A stretch of 64,000 bases of DNA. Source: Ostreococcus lucimarinus. Lineage: Eukaryota. The stretch is taken from NCBI GenBank assembly GCA_000092065.1, contig CP000587.1. One strand, given 5' to 3'. Below the pieces are notes generated by a model, which saw nothing but the letters and a program-made list of their open reading frames with translations, did no database searches and was not told where the DNA came from. Positions 48,201 to 57,200 of the stretch are shown piece after piece. A program made the translations under genes and the position numbers. Each line of letters opens with the position of its first letter. Positions within the stretch are counted from its first letter, which is position 1.

Positions 48201-49498
48201 AGAGGCTTGCGCCAGGGGCGTTTCGACTGGCGTTGTCTTCGATGCACAAAGGGGTGTGTGATGCGATCGAACAACTCATCCTACACAGACCGATAGAGGA
48301 GGGAGCGCTAGAAGCCAGTGAGCGTTGGAGAGGATTACCAACGCTCACAGAAATGCAACATTCCTTAGTCGTCGAGCTCATGGCAGATGTCAGAGAATTC
48401 TTCCACTGCGACGGTGCCGGCGAGCCTGAGTCAATTCTCAAGGATGGCGAAGGCAGACTGCGCCGTTTGTTGAATTTATGGTTTACGCCCACGATCGAGA
48501 TTATGCGAGAATTCTGGCAGTTGAAAGAAGTATTGTCCCGATCGATCGTTTCGGCGCATGGCAAACAAATCCGACTGCGGTCGATCGGTGGAGTGGCCGT
48601 TCAAGACATCTTGCGCTTTTTGCGTCAGCGTTCAAACGACGCAACAGCAATGGATCTTTACAACGAACAGAGCATGCTGATTACGAAAATGAGTCTAAAA
48701 GCACTCTTTGGCGAACAGTTAATGAGTATCGACTCTTTACTCGGTGCCTGGGTTTGCCGCGATGGTTCTGGCTTAATAGGACGATTCTACATCACGGCTA
48801 CGCAATTGGCGTTTTCGACATCTGGAATGAGCATCGATCACCCGCACGACAGCCAGACAGCGGTCGTCCGAGAGATTCGCAGAATCGCGAACATCTCGCG
48901 TATCGATGCTGCTGATGGTACGCCTGGGCTTCGCATCACATTCGACGATCGTCGATCATTCACTTTCAGTGAATTCGGTGGAATGCACACCGAGTTAAAC
49001 ATTCAAGCTCGAGAGAGGGATTCGTGCGTCGCGGTGATTCGCACGAATCCTTGCTTCTTGCAGCGTCCGGTATTCATGCACGATATTCAAGTCGCACAAA
49101 TTTCAGATCATGCGTGCGAGACTTTAGATGAGGTTGTCAGCGTAGAAACGGCGCAGCGAATGGAGCCACCCACTCTGCCGGCGGATGAGGAAGTGATCGC
49201 CACGTGCGTCTGCGCGCGTGCGAACGGCTTAGCACGCGACTTGGGGAAGTTTACGGTGGCGAGCCAATCGTGCGTGTTTTTACCAGTCAACGGGTCAGGT
49301 CGTGGAGTGTTGTATAAGACTATGACGTCAACGAAGAGGATGCCACAGTTGCGGCCATTCGGTTGGAAGAATGCTGATATCATCATCCCGATACGACATT
49401 ACGAAGAACCCGTGTTGCGCTTGACGGGGATGACGCTCGTTGAAGCCCAGTCGGTTTTCGACGCACTGTCGAGCGCCATTACCGCTTACAAAAGTTAG
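45242..49498 (+). CDS. Large hypothetical protein (1418 aa) with a C2-like beta-sandwich region, a long helical middle and two C-terminal PH/GRAM-like modules
   Basis: ATG at 45242. Uninterrupted 4.2-kb ORF. The first 250 codons are GC-rich low complexity, and the remainder is markedly lower-GC than flanking genes. Domain calls are tentative. Confidence 0.65.
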   Translation: MAVGTRRERDASRMSRAHDADDAADARPWRWRRCGTFHASEGGIWGTSGTTTARAATRWENAPLEGFGLRFASDAEEETTTRARALEACARETLGEGGLTNEMLEETARATTTPSAASDDAATISNIETRLASTRAMLRGLGVDEAKTKAVMARAMDAWGGEIRERERIVDALETRLLEGDEDEEALNYILRRAVARLRVLKTSGARSRVGLRACVASATASVAAASTTAAVAAKSTPIAKKGRGGMFSCCGADSTAIDDDAQELAYAPSESAAVECEPLTCVVRLSRVGEETASAYSSTSRAYSSTSRASSREGGVLFNATTPLLTVSEDDTIEFNFYAGDAHESVDESAVDANDRMRANAVMSPHVGETSGKIRGSATICVADLAETTRKDEPHVLTIFIERPKSGGSPGQVYGKAIVRIDKFVESFDDGTTQIATAKGDVLKDAAVLFAALDKSSVPNVKQLVRSFVDQRGACPSIAALAEMITLCIDWRLERPQLDRLRHCTMEVFAAIAVNRITASEKQRFDELSALMSKQLETELCNILPTAKVAEQELVDVLDMEYSASIARAIIPLFALTLGSISATRLVLRLKKVVREAMRKRCVEHMVRENPTKGPPTVACVTSMICKLTKRLPLDAAILSQFPSEVEALSEAASASSAFIANIITEVFQAIASMRSPPDYDSGMMALDDALCAHRRALKRYDLVLAMQPISSRFIDRLLQPALDETLGTVHHALVAWVKQEIDGERTNLEPVDVERGAMHSMSCVNLFCVLYNIDRAAQDHILHGERAAFNATSLSQMCYEVFKTYVNIYERACLEAIQNARLHLMQDSKGQNTKTANVSDVKSLMVGNFYTRLSNIHQCILAIEPFMEEMPLLWCSSKSEFDETLKRQASSEYGIDDDQVILFEDDEVHVFDEKRMLDTDFFANRIVQKLRTVRANVIASLTELIEERIAPFIRVAILDKEEKTRSAAVRIVFMMIDSELKLMNERLAPGAFRLALSSMHKGVCDAIEQLILHRPIEEGALEASERWRGLPTLTEMQHSLVVELMADVREFFHCDGAGEPESILKDGEGRLRRLLNLWFTPTIEIMREFWQLKEVLSRSIVSAHGKQIRLRSIGGVAVQDILRFLRQRSNDATAMDLYNEQSMLITKMSLKALFGEQLMSIDSLLGAWVCRDGSGLIGRFYITATQLAFSTSGMSIDHPHDSQTAVVREIRRIANISRIDAADGTPGLRITFDDRRSFTFSEFGGMHTELNIQARERDSCVAVIRTNPCFLQRPVFMHDIQVAQISDHACETLDEVVSVETAQRMEPPTLPADEEVIATCVCARANGLARDLGKFTVASQSCVFLPVNGSGRGVLYKTMTSTKRMPQLRPFGWKNADIIIPIRHYEEPVLRLTGMTLVEAQSVFDALSSAITAYKS

Positions 49499-49575
49499 AC
49501 GTCAAAAACGCGAAAGAACAGCAGAGTAGCGGTGTGATATATCATTATGTAGTCGTAGCAAATCGTGTTTCATAT

Positions 49576-52500
49576 CTACGCTGCGTCCAATTCAACAGTC
49601 AACACGGCGAGGTTGTCGTTTATGATGGATGAGTACGTTTCGACGGCATCTGGCAAAATCTCTTCGAGCGCTGAAATGAGCTTTTGCGTTTGTTTGAGCC
49701 AGTCGATTGCTTCCTTCGTTCGCATCGATCTCTCATGTCGAACGGCACGGTTGAAACAAGTTGAGAGCAACCACTGCGCTTCCACTGGGGGATATGAAGG
49801 ATGCAGTGCGAGGAACTCTTCGGCCGAGTCGTAAAGCGAGTGAATCACGTCGTCTTTGCTTTTGTACACTCGCGAAGCGAGTTGAATTTGTTTACGCATT
49901 AATCGCGCGATGAGAGCAACGTCTTGAATCAAATACTTCTTCATAGCTTTCCCAACCGCTTCATATGCTCTCGAAACGGTGACCAAATCAGACGTTCTCA
50001 TCGCCGCGCCGCGGTCGGCAATCATCAAGAGCGTGTTTATTGAAGCTTCGTCATCCAACGTCTTTGTCGATAATATTTCGATTATTTTGCCTTGCAACGC
50101 GACGTCACGCTGGGCGCAAGCGATTTCATATTCAAGGACACTCGCAACCTTTCGCAACTCTTCGTACCTTTCCTCTTCAGCGTTTTTCAACAAGCTGTGG
50201 AGATTGGCCATCGCACCCTTTGAGCGGGCGATATTCTTCGCTTCGCGTTCTTTCCGAGATTGTTCGTCTCCTACATCAGTAGCTGGGTTATAGCTGGTGA
50301 GCGATGCGATGGACAACAGAAGCGCGACTGCTTGTCGATAGCCATACTCTGCACGATCGTCTGCATCCAAACCTTCTGGAATCTTGTTTAATTTGGAAAT
50401 CACAAGCGCACATAAAAACATAAACTGATAGGCCGCTTCTGTTTCTGACGACTTTTCGTACGCGTCGAGGCCAGTATTCCACGAAAAGTCGGCGAGATAC
50501 CGTGCCTGTCGAACATCTGTGAGAAGATTCAAATTCGACGCTCGCTTCATGAACTCGCTGAACAACTCGGCTGATTCAGAAAACGTCTTCGAGTCAAAGT
50601 CACCCATTTTGGCCATTTTTACGTGTCGCAGATAACTGCAAAATATAAAAGTCTCTTGCTTCATCATATTATCGGTACCCATATTGTTCAAAATCATATC
50701 GTAAAGGCTACGAAAAGCGTCTGCGGCCGTGGCGTGGTGCTTTGAGCCATCGAGTTCTCCCGCAACGTATAACAACGCATCAGATTCACCTGCCTTTGCA
50801 AACGTTCGAATCGATTCTCCCAGGCCCGAGACGTCGTCAGAAATGAGCTGAAACTTTACGTTCAACAATGTTGTGGACACATCCGTCGCGGTCTTGTCCG
50901 CCAGCAAACTTCGCAGCGACTCCTTTGCTTGTTCGATATCGCCATTCTCGAGATCGCACATCACTTGCAGCCGGATAACCGGTACCGCTGCGTTGCTCAC
51001 GGTCTTCGACTTTCTTTGTGACGATAATGGGAGCGTCATACCAAACAGTTTTCGTGCCAGTGAGTACTTATTTTGCATGTACATGTCAGATGCAGCGTTC
51101 CAGATGATGGCGTATGCACGAGATTGCCCGTCGCGAGAAAAACCGATTTCCTTGAAACTATCGGTATCTGTAAGAAGTCGATCCATATAAGACAGAACAT
51201 CGTTTGCTACTTGTTCATCTACAGTGAGCGTCGTATCCAGTAGAGCTTCAAAGATATCAGTAATCATTTCTTGTCGTCTCGCCTTTGGACAGCCGCTCAG
51301 TCGTTTGGCGAGCGGAGCGATGCACGACGCAACGGCGCCAGCGCCGCATTCGCTCTTCGCCAGATTGACACAGCACGTATGGAGGACATTCACAACAGAG
51401 TTTTCATCGTTGAGTACATTTTCGAGTATGCTGCACGCTTTCGAAATCTCACCACTCCCTGAGAACGCTTCAATCAGCATGTTGTCCATGAGAAACGATT
51501 CGGTTAACGCCTGCAAATCGCGAGCCAAGACGTTATCACTATTTTCACACTTTTTCGCGTAAGACTTGATTATTTTCATTTTATCCAACACTTTAAGAGC
51601 CTCGTTGTACCTTCTTCCGTGAATGAATAGTCTGGCAAGGTTATGCAAGATGCGAATGTACAAACCATCGGCGCGAACCAGGCGGTGGTCCTCGCACACG
51701 AGTTTCTCATCTAAATCAAAGTGCGCCGCGTTATCTTGATGGGAAGACGTCGACCAAGAATTCGGAGTGATCGTGAACAAGTCGTAGTATGCTGCGATTA
51801 GCTCTTTGACGAGGAAACCAACTTTTCTGTCGAACACGGCTTCGTCATCTGCTGATTGAAGCTTTTCTGAAACCACGAAATTCTCAGCCAAGTTTATCTT
51901 CGCGCTGATCAATGTCGTTACGCACATAGTCTCATTTCCTTTATTCTTTTCGCTTTCAGAAAGCGATTTGGCGTCTTGAAAAAAGTCCCGAGCACCGGCG
52001 ACGTTGCCGAGATAAAAACAGTTCTTTGCGCGTGACGTGGCGGCTTCAATCGTCTGTAACATTGTCTCGGCGTCGAATTCGCCATTTCGGTTCAAGAACG
52101 AATTACCGTATGATTCACCGATCACGAACTGCTCTTCCGCCGCCTTGAACTCACCCGCATCGTGCAGCAACTTTGCGAGCGTCAAGTGATTTGAAATGCC
52201 GACAGCGAGACTCGAAATTTCAGGCGCCCCAGCGCTCACAGCGAAGCCATCCGCAAATCCCAACGCGGCGTCCAGCAACTCACACGCGAAGTACCTCAAA
52301 TCAAGCAACGGACCAATCATTTCCTTCTTCACAATCCCGCTTTCCGCCGTCGTCTCCAACGCCGTTTTCTCGATTGCGAAATTCCAGCATCGTTGCGACA
52401 TGTGCCTCGCTAAATCGCTCGCCTTCGTCGCATTCGTCGACCACAAATCTCGCAATCGCTCACTCACCCGCCGCACCTCACTCACCGTATTCGTCATCTC

Positions 52501-52938
52501 ATCCTCGCTCGATATTCTCTTCGCCAATTCCGCGCGCTTCAAAGAATCATGAAACGTCGTCCAGACATCATCCATCGCGTCGCGCTCCGGCGTCTCCGAT
52601 CTCGCCGCGCCGCGCGTCTTCGTTGTCTCCGAGACGCCACCATCCTCCGCACCCGCTCCGTCGCTCTCGCGCCGCTCCAGCCCCGCGCCTATAGAAACTT
52701 CGCTCAAAGAAATATCCATCAGCGCTTCCGCGCCTTTTCGAGCGCCCGTCGGCGTCGCATCGCGCGGTGCCGTCCTCGTTTCGTCGCGTTTGCGTTTCGG
52801 TCCGGAATCGCTCCCAGAGTGCGTGGTTTCGCTTTTCGACGCCGCGGGCGACGCGGTCGACGCGGGTGCGTCGTCAGCGCGAGGTGGATCCGATGTGTCG
52901 GTATCGGTTCGTTTGAACGGGCTCTGGAAACCCGGCAT
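49576..52938 (-). CDS. TPR-like helical-repeat protein, candidate ZIP4/SPO22/TEX11-family meiotic (ZMM) protein
   Basis: ATG at 52938-52936. 1120-aa all-helical repeat protein. C-terminal region EAQWLLSTCFNRAVRHERSMRTKEAIDWLKQTQKLISALEE resembles the conserved ZIP4 C-terminus ([39 protein letters not shown]). Low GC3. Confidence 0.55.
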   Translation of the reverse strand: MPGFQSPFKRTDTDTSDPPRADDAPASTASPAASKSETTHSGSDSGPKRKRDETRTAPRDATPTGARKGAEALMDISLSEVSIGAGLERRESDGAGAEDGGVSETTKTRGAARSETPERDAMDDVWTTFHDSLKRAELAKRISSEDEMTNTVSEVRRVSERLRDLWSTNATKASDLARHMSQRCWNFAIEKTALETTAESGIVKKEMIGPLLDLRYFACELLDAALGFADGFAVSAGAPEISSLAVGISNHLTLAKLLHDAGEFKAAEEQFVIGESYGNSFLNRNGEFDAETMLQTIEAATSRAKNCFYLGNVAGARDFFQDAKSLSESEKNKGNETMCVTTLISAKINLAENFVVSEKLQSADDEAVFDRKVGFLVKELIAAYYDLFTITPNSWSTSSHQDNAAHFDLDEKLVCEDHRLVRADGLYIRILHNLARLFIHGRRYNEALKVLDKMKIIKSYAKKCENSDNVLARDLQALTESFLMDNMLIEAFSGSGEISKACSILENVLNDENSVVNVLHTCCVNLAKSECGAGAVASCIAPLAKRLSGCPKARRQEMITDIFEALLDTTLTVDEQVANDVLSYMDRLLTDTDSFKEIGFSRDGQSRAYAIIWNAASDMYMQNKYSLARKLFGMTLPLSSQRKSKTVSNAAVPVIRLQVMCDLENGDIEQAKESLRSLLADKTATDVSTTLLNVKFQLISDDVSGLGESIRTFAKAGESDALLYVAGELDGSKHHATAADAFRSLYDMILNNMGTDNMMKQETFIFCSYLRHVKMAKMGDFDSKTFSESAELFSEFMKRASNLNLLTDVRQARYLADFSWNTGLDAYEKSSETEAAYQFMFLCALVISKLNKIPEGLDADDRAEYGYRQAVALLLSIASLTSYNPATDVGDEQSRKEREAKNIARSKGAMANLHSLLKNAEEERYEELRKVASVLEYEIACAQRDVALQGKIIEILSTKTLDDEASINTLLMIADRGAAMRTSDLVTVSRAYEAVGKAMKKYLIQDVALIARLMRKQIQLASRVYKSKDDVIHSLYDSAEEFLALHPSYPPVEAQWLLSTCFNRAVRHERSMRTKEAIDWLKQTQKLISALEEILPDAVETYSSIINDNLAVLTVELDAA

Positions 52939-53013
52939 CGCGCGCGAGTCGCGCGTCGCGGAGTGGTGATTTGGGTTGATTGTTACAGTGTCTCGGCGCG
53001 CGTCGGCGTGACC

Positions 53014-54075
53014 TTACGTCATTCCAGCCATGCTCCCCGCGAGATTGAACGCGGGAAACACGATGTTGGGGAACTTTTTGGACAGCGTCGTGAACTCTTC
53101 GAACGATATGTTCCCATCGCCGTCGGTATCGCACTGACGCATGAGCCATTCTACCTTGCGTTCGATTTGCTTGTCGGTGCTCATATTCGTCGCGCAAATG
53201 ATTTTGCGCAGTTCGCTCGAGTCGATGTACCCCGAACCGTCGAGATCGTACACGCTGAACGCGAACTGAATCTTATTATCGCGTGCCTCGCCACCGACGT
53301 TGGCCATACCGACGATGAATTCCTTAACGTCGATGAGACCGGTGCGATCGGTGTCAAACATGGAAAACAGACGCTCGACAAACGGCGTGCGATCGACGCG
53401 CAACATGCGCACGAATTCATTCACGTCCACGCGCCCGCTCCCATCCTTATCGCTCTCCAAGAACGCCTTGTATATTGCTTTTAACGCGTCCGTACCGAGC
53501 CCTTGGGACCTTCGGAACGACTCTAAATCATGAATCCCGCCCGATCCGCCGACGCCGACGTCGTCCATCCCGCCCATCGGCGCTCCGCCGCCGCCGACGC
53601 CCATCATGCCCGCACCGCCCGCGCCCATTCCCACGCCGTACGTTCCGCCCATCTGATGCGGCGCTCCACCGTACGCGTTCCCATACTGCACTCCCGGCGC
53701 GTTCCCGTACCCATACCCTCCTCCCGGTCCCGGCGCGCCGCCGCGATTCAACGCCATATTCGGCGGTTGCCCGTACTGTCCTCCTTGTCGCCCCACGTTC
53801 GCGCCGTAGCCCCCCGCGCGCGGCGCCACGGGCGCGCCGCTCAGCTGCGCCATCAACCGGTGAAATTCCTCGAACGATATCTGCCCATCGCCGTCGGTGT
53901 CAGCCATTAAAATCATCTCATCTATCTCGTCATCCGTCACCTTCTCGCCCATGGATGCGAGGACGTGCGCGATCTCCGCGGCGCCGACGTAGCCGTTGCG
54001 GTCGAGATCGAACTCGCGGAACGCTTGGCGGATGTCGTCTTTCGACAGGCCGCCGGCGTCGGGCTGGGCGTACAT
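53014..54075 (-). CDS. Six-EF-hand calcium-binding protein: calmodulin-like N-terminal pair, Gly/Tyr/Pro-rich linker, CBL/NCS-like C-terminal four EF hands
   Basis: ATG at 54075-54073. EF loops [72 protein letters not shown]. The linker is rich in [12 protein letters not shown] repeats. Confidence 0.85.
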   Translation of the reverse strand: MYAQPDAGGLSKDDIRQAFREFDLDRNGYVGAAEIAHVLASMGEKVTDDEIDEMILMADTDGDGQISFEEFHRLMAQLSGAPVAPRAGGYGANVGRQGGQYGQPPNMALNRGGAPGPGGGYGYGNAPGVQYGNAYGGAPHQMGGTYGVGMGAGGAGMMGVGGGGAPMGGMDDVGVGGSGGIHDLESFRRSQGLGTDALKAIYKAFLESDKDGSGRVDVNEFVRMLRVDRTPFVERLFSMFDTDRTGLIDVKEFIVGMANVGGEARDNKIQFAFSVYDLDGSGYIDSSELRKIICATNMSTDKQIERKVEWLMRQCDTDGDGNISFEEFTTLSKKFPNIVFPAFNLAGSMAGMT

Positions 54076-54229
54076 CGCGCGCGCGCGACGGTGACGCGCG
54101 ACGGCCGCGGCTTTTTTACGCGCCGCGGTCGAGTGAGTGACGTTTGAAATCGAGGGCGCGGGAGGAAGGTTTGATTCTTTCGTCGGTGAGTGATGTGACA
54201 GAGAAAGAACGACGCGCTAAGCGCTGAGG

Positions 54230-57200
54230 CTACTTGGAGACGGTTTTCATGGTGAAACGAAGTTTTGGCTTGGGAGCGCCTTTGTCGGCGGGCGGGCGCC
54301 AGCGCGGCTCGACGCACTTGGCGGCGTCGTACGGAGAGTCGCGCTCGGGAACGGGATGACCAGGGTACAAAGATTGGATCGTCTTCGCGATGACGCCGCG
54401 TAAGACTTCGGCATCTTTGTACAGCGTGCTGCTCGATTCGTTGAAGTTTTGGCAGTTGGAAAGCATGAGCTCGAGGGCGACGCAAAACATCCACGTCGAG
54501 GGGTAACCGCCCGCGTTCAAGCATTTTTGAATGCTGCCGAGATCGATGGGCGCAGAGATGGCGCGATAGTACTCGGGTAAAGCCTTACGCGTAGGAAGTA
54601 ACTCGAAAGGATCCGCGCGTTTGCGTCCTTTTTTGTCCTTGCTCGCGCGAATAGCGGCCAGAACGCTCCGACACGCGCTCGTTTCTTGCTTTGTCATCTC
54701 TATCTTTTCCGGCGGCGGAGACGCCTCCGCGGTGTCTTCGCTCATCTCTTCTCGACCGTCATCCGCGAGGTAATCGATTTCTTCATCGGTATCGACATCC
54801 ACTTTGTTCACCAGTTCCCAGACTTCCCCACCTCGAGCGTCACGAAAGACGAGCGGGTTTTGTCGCAATAGCGCGCCAAGCGCCGCGAGTGGTCTTCGTC
54901 CCCAAAGACCACAATCCACACCTTTCTCGACCATGATTTCATAAAGCGAATTTAATGGCATTGCGTTTCCGTGAACACGAGAGAGGACGTAAATCGCGCA
55001 GTCGAGCGGGTTCTTCGGCACGCGACGATCTCTCGGCGCGCTGCGTTGAGACTTTCGCTTTGGTACATATTCCTCAGAATCCGAATCATACCGCGCACGA
55101 CGCTTCCTTTGCGGGGCGGCTTGTGTGTTTGATTGTCTGAGCTCTGGTTGAACGTACTTCTGCGGAAATGGATCGTCTTCGTCTTCAATCACGCCATCAT
55201 CGACTGGTTTATCCCACGCTGGCTCATCTACGTTGTCGTAAATGTTCTTTGATGGCACCGGGTGGCCTGGAAACCGTTCCTGAACCGCCTTGAGATAGAC
55301 GCCTCTCAGGACTTCGGCGTCTCTGTAGAGCATCGAAGCGGGATCGTTAAAGCGCTGACAATTGGTAAACATGAGCTCCATCGCGACGAGGAAGAACCAG
55401 ACATTCGGGTAACCAGCCATGGATTTCCGAAGCATTCGCTCGATCGCCGCACAGTCGACCGGACACTTGATGATTTCGTAGTAATCAGGTAGGGTGAAGC
55501 GCGAAGGGAGCCTTTCGAACGGTTCAGATAAGCTTCTACCATCGGCTTCGACTTTGCGAACAGCTTGTAGAATTTCGAAGCACTTACGACGCTCGCTATG
55601 CTTCATCGTCGTCGTCGATGGTTTCAAACGCGTGTAAACGCTAAATCCTCCTAGTGGAACTCGAACGGTGGCTTCTTCAGAGCCTGCAACGCCTGGCGGA
55701 CGCACGTGGAGACGAGAGGGCGCTTTTTCGTCCTCGGCTTCCTCTTCGTCGTTCGGAACAAGCACGTCCGAATCGAGCCACTTCACGCGTTGCATGCAGA
55801 GCGCGACGTCCTCCAGTTGACCATCGTCGTACCTAATTGAATGATCGCCGTTCGCGACGTTGTAAGCTTCAACATTCCCGAGGTAGAACAGCTGCTCTGT
55901 CGCCCACCAGACCGCTATGCGCCGTCCGATGACATCATCGCCCTTTTCATCGCCGCGTTCGACCAAGTGCGCGCCGATAGTAATGCCAGGCGTGTCGTCG
56001 GGATTGAGAACGCGGCACGAATTTCGCCATTTTTTTGAGCTGCCGCAGCCAGACATGCGTTCGAATTCGCCCCCACCGACTATTTTGTCTGAAGCGACAT
56101 CGTGTATGCGTTCAGCGCGCGATTTGCACATTGTTTGTAACATGCCTACGTGACCGGCACAGGTAATGGCGATTGGATCCGGAATATCTTCCTCGCCTTC
56201 GTAGGCCGCAAGATCTTCGGCGCTGTAGCCGATGGATTCCTTCATGCACACCACGCGCCTCCCTCCGTGCAATTCCATCTCAGCCTCGCGGCGAACCTCT
56301 TCCTCTTCAGCATCTCTACGTCGACGTTCGCGCTCACGCTCGCGCTCAGCATCGCGTTCTGACTTCTCTGCAGCCTTTTCAAAAGACTCGATGCTTCGCA
56401 GGACCTGGTATTCAAACGTTCGCTTTGCGTCGAGATCCTCCAAAGCAATGTTTGCGAGCATTTCTCGTTTCGTCTCGTCGGCGTCGTCCATGGCCGCAGC
56501 TTCTACTTTCCGCTCCATGTGCGCTTCGAGGGAGTCTTGCACTTGCTCTTCCGAGTACCCGAATAGCGTGTCACCATCTATTTGGTCTGGCTTCCATTCG
56601 TACTCGACGGGTTTGTACCGCTCCGATTCGGTGAGATTGAGTTGATACTTTTCGTATCTCCCCGTTTCAACCATGCGCTTGAGGTGAGAGTGCGCGGCGT
56701 AGGGTACCGCTCGCTGGTACAGTCGCTCCTCCGGAAGTTCGTCCGCCATGACCTGTCTATTGGTAATCAACCCCGTACTCGCAAGAGTGACGAGTTTAGT
56801 GAAGTGCGGCAAGGACGACCAATCGACAGCGTCAATGGGGTAGTCCTCGACCACGCCTCTAGTCGTCCTCATGAGCATCGTGGAAGTGGATACCGGTGCA
56901 CCTGGTAAGAAGCGATTGACAGCCGGATACTGGGTCGATAAGGGTTCTGAGTGTCGCTCCCAATCCTTTTCGGTTCGCTCGTAGCGACTCAAACCGTCAT
57001 CGGCGGCGACGTCCACTTCCATCCTGTCATCCTCGACGACGTCCACGTTCAACACTAGGTCGCCAGCGTCGGATACGGATAACGTGACCGCCACGCGCTC
57101 GCATCGCGCCTCCGCATCGTCCGTGACTTCGACGTTCTTCTCCTCTTTCACCTCGACATACCCATTTATTTGAAGGTCCTTGAATTCAACAGTAGAGTTC

